A stretch of 64,000 nt of DNA from an uncultured delta proteobacterium (GTDB taxonomy: Bacteria > Desulfobacterota > Binatia > UBA9968): NCBI GenBank assembly GCA_963816145.1, contig CAWFJP010000031.1, forward strand, positions 1 through 64,000. Direction: 5' to 3'. The position numbers were made by a program, and so were the translations under genes. Shown piece after piece: positions 1-9,411 of the stretch (position 1 is its first letter; each line of letters begins with the position of its first letter). The notes under the pieces were generated by a model, which made no database searches, had not been told where the DNA came from, and saw only the letters and a list, made by a program, of their open reading frames with translations.

Positions 1-31
1 CACAGGGTTGCCCCTACCGGATTTTGAGTCC
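1..31 (-). repeat. Partial copy of the tRNA-Leu 3' part (att-like site), truncated by the window start
   Basis: cacagggttgcccctaccggattttgagtcc is identical to 6596-6626 of the tRNA; sequence diverges just past the anticodon loop. Confidence 0.9.
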
Positions 32-87
32 TTTCTGTCTAATTTTAACTATTTGTAATTACGAAATAATTTCGTCCAGAATATGAA

Positions 88-142
88 ACTGTGTAAGAAA
101 ATGTGTAAGTCCACACTCCATCGAACAGCGTTGTTTCTAACT
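88..142. repeat. Conserved att-flanking block, copy A (TGTGTAAG-AAAA-TGTGTAAG; putative integrase arm-type sites)
   Basis: 51/56 identical to 3055-3110; 8-bp direct repeats at 90-97 and 102-109. Confidence 0.8.
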
Positions 143-620
143 ATCAAGACGACAACGCCGTCGTTCAATGCGCACCCGAACTGTCGACGCGTCGCGCACG
201 CCGACAGCACGCAACCTACTTTAGTGGATTTCGATACTGCCTTAATTTCTCCGACGACCGACTCTCGCCACTTTGAATCGTCGCGTCGATCAACTCAATC
301 CTACCGATTGATTTCTTTCCTCTTCCTCAGACGGCTGTCGGTAACCACTGGCTGACAACGGGGTATTGTTTGTTATGGCATACCTTTTCTTGACTTTGAT
401 CGTCCCTATGACAAGTATAAAACTAGTCACAGACATGAAATCGTGCATCGGGATGGATTGACCAACTCACGCTGCCGATGCTTTTTGTTGGTGCACGGGC
501 GTGAACCACACTCTGGAAATAGATTTCCGAGAAATTCGCTCTGCGCGTACACTTCCATATTAGCTACTAGGGTAGTGAATTTATTGACTTGGTTCTGATG
601 ATTAATGATTTCGCCATGCG

Positions 621-1829
621 TTGGTTGACGGACGAAGCATCGTGACAGAGACTCCAAAAAGCAGCACCCCACCTGTAGAGGCCGATCCGTCACAGAAACT
701 AGAAGTGCCGGCCGAACCGGTCCTCAACCACTGGGTCAAGGTCTGGGATTTGCCGACGCGACTTTTCCACTGGATGCTCGTGTTGCTGGTCGCGGTTGGC
801 GTGTTTACAGGGTTCGTTGCGCCCGAGTGGTGGATGGATGTTCACGTCTGGACCGGCTATGGGCTGGTTGCGCTCATGGTATTTCGACTGGTCTGGGGTA
901 TCTTCGGGCCTGAGTACAGCCGAGTTGTAAGCTTCATCTATCCGCCGCGAGACACGTTCGAACATCTACGGGGCCTGCTCCTGCTCCGACCGCCTCATTA
1001 CGTCGGCCACAACCCGACCGGCGCGTTGATGGTGTTCGCTCTGGCCGGCGTGCTTATCGCGTTGGTCGCGACCGGACTGCTGGTACTGGGCGGCGAGGAA
1101 CAACAGGGGCCGCTGGCGGCGGTCATCGGCTATTCGGTGGGCTCTGCAGCCAAGCAAGTCCACCTCTGGCTTGTGATTCTCTTGCTTGCGATGGTGACTT
1201 GCCACATCCTCGGCGTGGTCACGGAGAGCCTGCTTACCCATGATAATCTCGTGCGTGCCATCATCACGGGATGGAAGAAACTCCCGCCTGGAGCCCCTGT
1301 CCCGGCGCTACGTTCGGCGCGGCCCCTGCTCGCCGTCGCGGTCCTCGCGGTATTGGCGGCAGGGGCAGCAGCGACGCTCACGTGGTTGTCGCGGCTTCCC
1401 GCGCCGCGCAGTCTGCGGGTCCTGCCGGAGAACACCACGTATAAGAAGGAATGCGGCGTGTGTCACTACGCCTTCAATCCCAGTTTGCTTCCCGCTTCAT
1501 CATGGGCCGGGCTGATGGCCAACCTCGGCGAGCACTTTGGGGAAGACGCGAGCCTTGGCGGCTCCACTTCCAGCACCATCGCGGCATGGCTCGTGGCCAA
1601 TGCGGCCGAGACGTTCGACACGGAATCGGCAAACCGCTTCCGCATGGTCGCGCCGGATGAGCCTTACCGCATCACTTCCACCCCTTACTGGGTGAACAAG
1701 CACGCCGGCCTTGCGCCGGATGTTTTTGCGCGAAAGAGTGTGCAGAGCAAAGTGAATTGTAACGCGTGTCATCGTGACGCCGAGAGCGGTCGCTACGACG
1801 ACCAGGCCATCGCTATCCCGGAACAATAA
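621..1829 (+). CDS. Cytochrome b (Ni/Fe-hydrogenase b-type family) fused to a dihaem cytochrome c (DHC) domain
   Basis: VWDLPTRLFHW and GHNPTG cytochrome b motifs with TM helices; C-terminal CGVCH, HFGEDASL, CNACH; exact start uncertain. Confidence 0.88.
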   Translation: MVDGRSIVTETPKSSTPPVEADPSQKLEVPAEPVLNHWVKVWDLPTRLFHWMLVLLVAVGVFTGFVAPEWWMDVHVWTGYGLVALMVFRLVWGIFGPEYSRVVSFIYPPRDTFEHLRGLLLLRPPHYVGHNPTGALMVFALAGVLIALVATGLLVLGGEEQQGPLAAVIGYSVGSAAKQVHLWLVILLLAMVTCHILGVVTESLLTHDNLVRAIITGWKKLPPGAPVPALRSARPLLAVAVLAVLAAGAAATLTWLSRLPAPRSLRVLPENTTYKKECGVCHYAFNPSLLPASSWAGLMANLGEHFGEDASLGGSTSSTIAAWLVANAAETFDTESANRFRMVAPDEPYRITSTPYWVNKHAGLAPDVFARKSVQSKVNCNACHRDAESGRYDDQAIAIPEQ

Positions 1830-1850
1830 GAAACAGAGGAGTCAAACGCT

Positions 1851-2276
1851 ATGAAAGTATCACACGTGATAACGGTTATGGTGGTCGCCTGCGGCCTGCT
1901 GGCATCCTCGGAATCTGCCGCCGAACCGCGGCGAGATGCTATTCTTGCCGCGCTGCTTGCCCAGGCGAAAAAGGACGAGCCCGGTTTCACCCGATTCTCC
2001 GCCGAGCGCGGCGCTGCTTTTTACAAGGCCAACCACAAGGGCGGCAAACAGGGCACGGCGTCCTGTACGTCCTGTCATGGCAATTCGCCGCTTGATAAAG
2101 GAAAGACACGCGTTGGCAAAGACATCGAGCCGATGGCGGTGTCGAAAAATTCGGCACGCTACACCGACAAAGACGACGTCGAGAAGTGGTTTACCCGCAA
2201 CTGCAATGATGTTCTTGGGCGAGCCTGTACGGCCAAAGAGAAAGGCGACTTTCTCACCTACATGATGGGGCAATAA
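1851..2276 (+). CDS. Sphaeroides heme protein (SHP)-like / DUF1924 cytochrome c
   Basis: Signal peptide, SCTSCH, KWFTRNCNDVLGRACTAKEKGD tail; RBS GAGGAG. Confidence 0.85.
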   Translation: MKVSHVITVMVVACGLLASSESAAEPRRDAILAALLAQAKKDEPGFTRFSAERGAAFYKANHKGGKQGTASCTSCHGNSPLDKGKTRVGKDIEPMAVSKNSARYTDKDDVEKWFTRNCNDVLGRACTAKEKGDFLTYMMGQ

Positions 2277-2299
2277 TCCCCCCGGGATAAAAAGGAGAT

Positions 2300-2779
2300 A
2301 TGATAATGCGTACCAACATTGTGCTTTTGCTGCTGCTGGTGATCGGCGTTACGGCTTCGTCCGCCCAGCGGGATGAGCGGGTTCCGCCGGTTACGGACCC
2401 GGTGGTCCAGAAAGAATGCGGCAGTTGTCACATGACGTTCTCGCCGCAGTTTCTCCCGAAGCGTTCTTGGCAGAAGATCATGGATACGCTGTCTGATCAC
2501 TTCGGCGAGAACGCGAGTCTCGGCGAAGCCCAGCGTAAGGCCGTGCTCGACTATCTCCTCGCCAATGCCGCCGACAGCCCGAAGGCTGGCCGCGAAGGCC
2601 GAAGATTCGCGGAGAGTATTGCCTCAGGACAAACACCGTTACGCATTACGGAAATCCCCCGCTGGGTGAGGGAACACCGGGAAGTGCGGGCGGACAGGTG
2701 GAAGCGCCCCGAAGTCAAGTCAAAGGCGAATTGCCTCGCGTGTCACAAGAAGGCCGAGCAGGGTATTTATGAGGACTAA
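2300..2779 (+). CDS. Dihaem cytochrome c (DHC)
   Basis: Signal peptide, CGSCH, LPKRSW, HFGENASL, CLACH; RBS AGGAG. Confidence 0.88.
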   Translation: MIMRTNIVLLLLLVIGVTASSAQRDERVPPVTDPVVQKECGSCHMTFSPQFLPKRSWQKIMDTLSDHFGENASLGEAQRKAVLDYLLANAADSPKAGREGRRFAESIASGQTPLRITEIPRWVREHREVRADRWKRPEVKSKANCLACHKKAEQGIYED

Positions 2780-2946
2780 GCGTCCAGCTCCGGTACCACG
2801 GCCTGCTTCCGTCTCGAGGACGACAGCGCGACGATCGACTGACCGCTTTCGACTACGCAGACGAGCGTGCCTGCCAGTCCGTCGTTCCGTAGGCAAAGGC
2901 ACGGCAATTTCCCCTCGATCTTTTCAAGTGACTCCTGAGAATCAAG

Positions 2947-3003
2947 TGGTGCCGGAGGCGAGACTTGAACTCGCACAGGATTGCCCCTACCGGATTTTGA
3001 GTC
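2947..3003 (-). repeat. 57-bp duplicate of the tRNA-Leu 3' part (attR-like)
   Basis: 56/57 identical to 6569-6625 (mismatch at 2980); includes CCA end and begins just before the anticodon loop. Confidence 0.93.
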
Positions 3004-3054
3004 GGCTAGCTCTAACTATCTTGAATTATTGAATTTTGGCTCCATAGAAATGTG

Positions 3055-3110
3055 ACTGTGTAAGAAAATGTGTAAGTCTCACACTCCATCGGACGGCATT
3101 GTTTCTAGCT
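3055..3110. repeat. Conserved att-flanking block, copy B
   Basis: TGTGTAAG at 3057-3064 and 3069-3076; homologous to 88-142. Confidence 0.8.
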
Positions 3111-3212
3111 TTTACCATTCTCGAACCTTGCTGGCCAAATTTAGCGTAGATCTCTTGAACGCCTTTTACAGGGCATCCTGATCTTTGGCTGGACGCTGCT
3201 TAGATTTTTCTA

Positions 3213-3367
3213 ATGACTTGGATTGAAAAGGGCTGATCAGGTCATGTCGCCGACGCTGCGACTTCTCTCCGGCGACGCAAGAGTCTTACCTCTATGCCGT
3301 AACCTGAATCACCAAACAATATCGACGCTCCCCCGATCAGCTCGATAAGGAGCAGATCCGCTCGTAG
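3213..3367 (+). pseudogene. Remnant of a tyrosine-integrase N-terminal SAM-like domain
   Basis: Manual translation from 3263: FSPATQESYLYAVT*ITKQYRRSPDQLDKEQIRS*, resembling the Phage_int_SAM_4-type pattern S..TQ.SY..AV......RSPDQL..EQIR; two in-frame stops. Confidence 0.7.
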
Positions 3368-3435
3368 CCGATCAATGCCGCTGCAGACTTCACCAAATGG
3401 CGACACCTCTCGTCGTCGGCGCACCTGATTGAAAT

Positions 3436-6054
3436 CTAAGTCGCTTTATCAAACCTGAGGGTTCGTTTCACAAGTTCGGACGCAACGATGCAGCTGATTC
3501 CGGCTATCACCGCGATCACGAAGTCGATCCTGTGCAGTCGTCCGAATTTGAAGAGCTCCCGCAAAGTTGGGACGTAAAGAATAAGCGTCAGAAATGCGAG
3601 GGCCGCGCCCACGATCCACCATAGCGCGGTATTTCTTCGGCCCAGCGTCGTAAGGAGGCTTTGCAATCTCGATCTGCTGGTCAATATCAGTCCTAAGCTG
3701 GCAAAAACCATGACCGTGAACGCAAGCGCCCGCGCTTCCTCGGTGCTTTGGTCGTGATGCAGCCCGAACCCATAGACGGCTAGCAGCGCTACGAAAACGG
3801 CAGCTCCCTGCAGTGTGCCGAGCATGACTGTGCCTCGATCGAAAAGGGACGTTCCGGGCAGTCGCGGCGGCTTTCGCATGGTGTCGGCGTCCTCGGGCTC
3901 GGCCTCGAACACGATCGAGCAAGCGGGATCGATGATCAACTGCAGGAACAGAATATGTACCGGCAACAGCAGCAGGGGCCACCCAAGGGCTAATGGAACG
4001 AAAGACATGCCGACGATAGGAATGTGAACGGCAATCACGAAAGCGAAGGCTTTGCGCAGGTTGTCAAAGATCCTCCGCCCAAGGCGAACTGCGGTCACGA
4101 TCGAGGAGAAGTCGTCATCGAGCAGCACCAGATCAGCCGCTTCGCGCGCCACGTCGGTGCCACGTCCACCCATCGCTATGCCGATATGTGCGGACTTCAA
4201 CGCGGGGGCATCGTTCACGCCGTCGCCAGTCATAGCGACCACTTCGCCGTTCGCTTTTAGTGCGCTGACAATACGCAGCTTGTCTTCCGGCACCGCTCTG
4301 CAAAAGATATTCACGTCGCGGACACGGCACTGCAAGTCCGCGTCGGAGAGTTCGGCTAATTTCGAGCCTGAAATATAACGGTTCCATGACTTTATTCCGA
4401 CCTGGCGCGCGATGCTGCTGGCCGTTGCCGGATAATCGCCGGTAATCATGATGATCCGCATGCCAGCGGCATGACTTTCAGTTATAGCCGGCGGCACTGT
4501 CTCGCGTATCGGGTCGGCAAGCCCTATGAGCCCGAGGAATTCGAACGCAAAATCGTGCTGCGTCGTGGGCAATTCGTTCCGCTGGAAGGCCGCCTTTGCG
4601 ACGCCCAGAACTCGCAGTCCCTGCTGGGCCATCGCTGTTGCCTTTTGCGCAAGCTCTGTGATGTCATTAGCAACAAGGTGGCACAAATCGAATACTCCCT
4701 CAGGCGCACCCTTTGCAGCGATAACGTAATGGTGATGATCTGGCGACTGCCATACCCGCGACATGGCAAGTAGCTCGCGTGAAAGTGGGTATTCATTGAT
4801 CAGTGTCCAGTCAAGGTGGACGTGTTCGGTGCCGTCGAGCTTCTGGGAAGTGACTTTCTGGATCGCCTGCTCCATCGGATCGAAGGGATCGCGACGACCT
4901 GCAAGCATGCTGAACTCGAGCAGCTCGTGGAAACCATCCGGTAGTTCCGCCGTGTTCAACTCGCTGAGATCGAGCGTCTCGCCACGCGTGTGCATCCGGG
5001 CAAGCGTCATGCGGTTCTGCGTAAGTGTTCCGGTCTTGTCGACACAGAGCACTGTTGCTGATCCCAGCATTTCGAGCGCCGGAACCCGTCTCGTCAATAC
5101 GCGGCTCTGCGCCATCCGCCACGCGCCCAGGCCAAGGAAAAGCGTCAGCACGACCGGCAATTCTTCAGGCAAGATCGCCATCGCGAGCGTGATTCCGGCG
5201 AGAATCCCGTTCAGCCAGTCGCCGCGCGTCAAACCGTAGACGATAGCGACCAACAGACTGAGTCCCCCGCCGCACCAGGCAAGACGCTTGACTAACAGTG
5301 AAGTCTCCAATTGGATGCGCGTCGGCTCCGAGGCTACCTCAGCGAGTGCGTTGCCGATCCGGCCGAGCGCGGTGCGCTCCCCCGTGGCGAGCACCCGGGC
5401 GGTGCCCTTGCCTTGCACGACGAGCGATCCGGAAAAGACAAACGGCGATTCGCCACCCCCGGGCGGCCCCATTCGTTCCGGCATGCTTGGGGCGGGAAGC
5501 TTGGCCACTGGGACCGATTCACCCGTTAGCAAAGATTCGTCCGTCGCGAGATTTATCCCCGACAGGAGTGCGGCGTCGGCTGCCACACGGTCACCTTCGG
5601 AGAGGACGAGAAGATCTCCCTGCACGACTTCGCGTCCGGGTACGCGCAGCAGCTCGCCATCGCGGAATACCAGCGCACGCGGACTGGAAAGGTCGCGCAA
5701 AGCGGCGAGCGCGTGCTCGGTCTTGTGTTCCTGGACAAAAGTGATGCAGATAATTATCAGGACAAAGCCGAGAAGCATGAAGGCTTCGCCCCTGTCGCCG
5801 AGCAAGAGATAGATTGCGCCGCAGGCGATGAGCAGCAAAAACATTGGCTCGCATGCTATGCCAGCCGCAATGACAAGCAGGTTGCGCGGTCTTGCTGTGG
5901 GTAGTTCATTGAATCCGTCGCGCGCCAGTCGAGCGGCGGCTTCAGTTGCGGAGAGCCCCGTTGCAGGGTCGACGACCAGCATTACGTCTTGCCGATTCAT
6001 GGCTTTGTCTTCACGGTTCATCCCCTCAACCATTCGGTAACGTAAGATTCCCAT
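3436..6054 (-). CDS. Cation-translocating P-type ATPase (P2-like)
   Basis: LTGES, PEELP, DKTGTLT, TGD and GDGVNDAPAL motifs; GGAGG RBS before ATG at 6054. Confidence 0.93.
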   Translation of the reverse strand: MGILRYRMVEGMNREDKAMNRQDVMLVVDPATGLSATEAAARLARDGFNELPTARPRNLLVIAAGIACEPMFLLLIACGAIYLLLGDRGEAFMLLGFVLIIICITFVQEHKTEHALAALRDLSSPRALVFRDGELLRVPGREVVQGDLLVLSEGDRVAADAALLSGINLATDESLLTGESVPVAKLPAPSMPERMGPPGGGESPFVFSGSLVVQGKGTARVLATGERTALGRIGNALAEVASEPTRIQLETSLLVKRLAWCGGGLSLLVAIVYGLTRGDWLNGILAGITLAMAILPEELPVVLTLFLGLGAWRMAQSRVLTRRVPALEMLGSATVLCVDKTGTLTQNRMTLARMHTRGETLDLSELNTAELPDGFHELLEFSMLAGRRDPFDPMEQAIQKVTSQKLDGTEHVHLDWTLINEYPLSRELLAMSRVWQSPDHHHYVIAAKGAPEGVFDLCHLVANDITELAQKATAMAQQGLRVLGVAKAAFQRNELPTTQHDFAFEFLGLIGLADPIRETVPPAITESHAAGMRIIMITGDYPATASSIARQVGIKSWNRYISGSKLAELSDADLQCRVRDVNIFCRAVPEDKLRIVSALKANGEVVAMTGDGVNDAPALKSAHIGIAMGGRGTDVAREAADLVLLDDDFSSIVTAVRLGRRIFDNLRKAFAFVIAVHIPIVGMSFVPLALGWPLLLLPVHILFLQLIIDPACSIVFEAEPEDADTMRKPPRLPGTSLFDRGTVMLGTLQGAAVFVALLAVYGFGLHHDQSTEEARALAFTVMVFASLGLILTSRSRLQSLLTTLGRRNTALWWIVGAALAFLTLILYVPTLRELFKFGRLHRIDFVIAVIAGISCIVASELVKRTLRFDKAT

Positions 6055-6568
6055 AAATGCCTCCCTGAGTGAAATTGATTCAAGGAAGCTATCACTACCG
6101 TCAGGGGAAACAGTCAAAGGAAAGATCTATGAAAAAATAACGCCCGGAAAATTACCGAAATTGCATCGGTGGGAGCGGCCTCTCACCCACCGCGAAGCGG
6201 TTTAGTCCAATTCTTCAACGACTCGATCCTGCGAATTCAATTGGTGGCGTCGATCAGTTTAGTCGCTCGGTCGGAGGCGAAAAATGGACTTCTGATTCAA
6301 TCCACGTTCCTACGTTTGCGGTAGTCACATGAGGTCACTGGACCGGTTTACTAGTTGATCTATTTCCCGAATCGCTGTGATGTCATGGCAGGTAGTAATT
6401 TTCCAGATCGCTGCGGCTGAAGCGCCAGATGATTCCGATTTTTGTGCTTGGTACGATCCCTTTGCGATCCTCACTAGGCTGTGGCCTCTTTACGTCTTCG
6501 CAACGCGGATGGAGACGGGGTCAGAAAACTTTTTTCATTCGGTCTTAGGGTGATTCACGAGGAGCAAT

Positions 6569-6654
6569 TGGTGCCGGAGGCGAGACTTGAACTCGCACAG
6601 GGTTGCCCCTACCGGATTTTGAGTCCGGCGCGTCTGCCATTCCACCACTCCGGC
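6569..6654 (-). tRNA. tRNA-Leu(CAA)
   Basis: GCCGGAGTGGTGGAATGGCAGACGCG-CCGGA-CTCAAAA-TCCGG-long variable arm-GCGAGTTCAAGTCTCGC-CTCCGGC-ACCA; cloverleaf with encoded CCA. Confidence 0.97.
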
Positions 6655-6720
6655 ACGGACGTGATTGCAGACCCATATAAATAACCAACCATCGATTGGG
6701 ATACAAGAGGTGTGCGGCCT

Positions 6721-6789
6721 AGGACTGAGTTGGGTAGCACTGAGGACTGAGCGACAAAACTCACACCTCAGCACTCAAAACTCAGTCCT
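6721..6789. repeat. Palindromic element built from short ACTGAG/CTCAG units
   Basis: aggactgagt ... actcagtcct inverted ends with internal short units; lies at the radA 3' end. Confidence 0.65.
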
Positions 6790-8151
6790 TAAAACAGCAG
6801 TTTCCAACACTCCTGGATCGAACCGACCGCGGCCAGTTTCGGATGCTTGATATGTTTTAGCTGGGCGACGTTGCTGGTCGGCAGGATGCAGCGTTCGAAG
6901 CCGAGTTTGCCGGCTTCTTTGACTCGGGTTTCCGCCTGGGAGATGCCGCGGACTTCGCCGGCGAGGCCGACTTCGCCGAAGAATACGGTTTTGGCATCGA
7001 GGACGGCCTCGCGGCTGCTCGACGCGATGGCGGCGATGACGCCGAGATCGACCGCCGGCTCGTCGACATGGACGCCGCCGGCGACGTTGACGAAAATATC
7101 TTGGTCGAACAGTTTGGCGCCCATTTTCTTTTCCAACACGGCGACCAAGAGTGCGACGCGATTGTGGTCGACGCCGATGGTGGTGCGCCGCGGCACGGCG
7201 AGAAATGACCGGCTGACCAGCGCCTGCAACTCGACCAAGATCGGCCGGGTTCCTTCGATGCTGCAAACTACCGCCGAGCCGGGCACTTGCAGCGGCCGCT
7301 CCATTAAAAATATTTCCGAGGGATTGCTGACCTCGGCGAGGCCGACTTCTTTCATCTCGAATACGCCGATCTCGTTGGTCGAGCCGAAGCGGTTTTTGAC
7401 GGCGCGCAGGATTCTAAAACTATGGCCGCGCTCGCCTTCGAAATAGAGCACCGTGTCGACCATATGTTCGAGCAAACGCGGCCCGGCGATGGCGCCGTCT
7501 TTGGTCACATGGCCGATCAAAAACGTCGTTAAGCCGGTTTTTTTCGCCAGCACGATGATCGAGCCGGAGGTTTCGCGCACCTGGGCGATGCTACCGGGCG
7601 CGGAGGGGATCACCGACGAGAACATTGTCTGGACCGAGTCGATCACCAGCAGGCTGGGTTTTATTTTCTTCACATGCTCGAGGATGCGCTCCAGCGAAGT
7701 TTCGCTGAGCACGAGCAGATTGGGCGCATCGACGCCGAGTCGTTCGGCGCGCATTTTGATTTGCCGCTGGGATTCCTCGCCGGAAACGTAGAGGCAAGTG
7801 AGCCCCTTTTGACTGATTGCGGCGAAGGCTTGCAACAGCAATGTCGATTTGCCGATGCCGGGATCACCGCCAATGAGGATCACCGAGCCGGGCACCAGCC
7901 CGCCGCCGAGGACACGGTCGAACTCGCCGATGCCCGACTGCACACGGCCTTCTTCGGTGGTGTCGATGTCACCGATGGAGGTGGGCTCTTCCTTGCTGCC
8001 GAGGCTCAAGCTCGCCGCGGGTAGAGGTGGCTTTTTCGAAATGCTCCTCGGCAAAAGTATTCCACTGATTGCAATCGGGACATTTGCCGAGCCACTTGGC
8101 CGATTGGTAGCCGCAATTCTGGCAGGCGTAAACGGACTTCGCTTTGGCCAT
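6789..8151 (-). CDS. radA: DNA repair protein RadA/Sms (one frameshift near 8010)
   Basis: [22 protein letters not shown] zinc finger in one frame; [10 protein letters not shown] and KNRFG in another. Confidence 0.93.
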
Positions 8152-8229
8152 GGTGGGTTTTTTATAGCAGGAAAGCGGGCGACATCGCCAGGTTGATAAT
8201 TGTAACGTTGATGCAATAATTCGACATCC

Positions 8230-9411
8230 ATGCGCGCCGATTTTATCGCTGCCGAGTTGCAATCGGTTAAAGATGCCGGGCTCTATCGTCAACTACGCCT
8301 CGTGGACGGCGACCAAGGCCCGACGTTGACGCTCGATGGCCGCGAGGTGATCAACTTCTCGTCAAATAACTATCTCGGCATCGCCAACCATCCGGCCTTG
8401 GCGGCGGCGGCGAAGGAAGCGATCGACCGCTATGGTTGCGGCTCGGGAGCGTCGCGGCTGATTTCCGGCAACATGACGCTACACGAGGAGTTGGAAGCTA
8501 AGCTGGCCGAATTCAAAAACACCGAAGCGGCCTTGGTGTTCAACTCCGGTTTTCAAGCCAATGTCGGCATCCTGTCTACCTTAACAGACAAAGGCGACGT
8601 CATTCTGAGCGATTCACTCAATCATGCGAGCATCATCGACGGCTGCCGTTTGTCGAAGGCGCAAACTTTCGTCTACGCGCATGGCGATCTCGCCGCCCTC
8701 GAAACCTGCCTTAAACAAGCAGCGCCGGCGCGCCGCCGGTTGATCGTGACCGAGACCATCTTCAGCATGGACGGTGATCAAGCGCCGCTGGCAGAGATCG
8801 TCGAACTCGCTGAGAAGTATGACGCCATGGTGATGGTCGACGAAGCCCATGGAACCGGTGTGTTCGGCGCCAACGGCGCCGGTGTGGTCGCCAAATTGGG
8901 ATTGGCGCCGCGGGTGTTGATTCAAATGGGCACGCTGGGCAAGGCGCTGGGCGGCTTCGGCGCCTATGTCGCCGGCAGCCGGTCTCTGCGCGATTTGCTG
9001 ATCAACCGCTGCCGCAGTTTTATTTTTACGACTTCGCTGCCGCCGGCGGTGATGGCGATGACGCTGGCGGCCATCGATCTGGTACAAAATGAGCCGCAAC
9101 GGCGCGAGACGCTGCGGCACAATTGCCAGAAATTAAAGCTCGGCCTGAGCCGGCTCGGATTTGAGTTAGGGAAAAGCGAGAGTCCGATCTTGCCGCTGAT
9201 CGTCGGCGACGCGGCGCGTTGCATGGCATTGTCGGCGGCGTTGCTCGACCGCGGCGTGTTCGCCCAAGGCATCCGCCCGCCGACGGTGCCGGTGGGAACT
9301 TCACGCTTGCGCATCACGGTGATGGCGACCCATAGCGACGCTCAGATCGATCGAGCATTGAACGTCTTCGAGGAAATCAAACGCCAATGGCCACCTACCA
9401 CGACAAGTTAA
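8230..9411 (+). CDS. bioF: 8-amino-7-oxononanoate synthase
   Basis: [40 protein letters not shown]. Confidence 0.93.
   Translation: MRADFIAAELQSVKDAGLYRQLRLVDGDQGPTLTLDGREVINFSSNNYLGIANHPALAAAAKEAIDRYGCGSGASRLISGNMTLHEELEAKLAEFKNTEAALVFNSGFQANVGILSTLTDKGDVILSDSLNHASIIDGCRLSKAQTFVYAHGDLAALETCLKQAAPARRRLIVTETIFSMDGDQAPLAEIVELAEKYDAMVMVDEAHGTGVFGANGAGVVAKLGLAPRVLIQMGTLGKALGGFGAYVAGSRSLRDLLINRCRSFIFTTSLPPAVMAMTLAAIDLVQNEPQRRETLRHNCQKLKLGLSRLGFELGKSESPILPLIVGDAARCMALSAALLDRGVFAQGIRPPTVPVGTSRLRITVMATHSDAQIDRALNVFEEIKRQWPPTTTS

Larger units (their letters stand above)
32..2946. mobile_element. Integrase-less cassette A between two tRNA-Leu 3' fragments (cytochrome b-DHC, SHP, DHC)
   Basis: Bounded by direct repeats of the tRNA 3' part; no recombinase ORF inside. 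Confidence 0.7.
3004..6568. mobile_element. Cassette B between the intact tRNA-Leu and its 3' fragment (P-type ATPase cargo, no intact integrase)
   Basis: Bounded by tRNA 3' direct repeats. Confidence 0.7.

Noticed and set aside
6235-6250. CAATTGGTG matching the tRNA 3' junction as a further att copy
   Set aside because: Only 9 bp match and no flanking arm block; likely chance.
1-6654. tRNA-derived repeats as a CRISPR array or as extra tRNA genes
   Set aside because: Spacing is kilobases, no cas genes are present, and the copies lack the 5' acceptor strand and D-arm.
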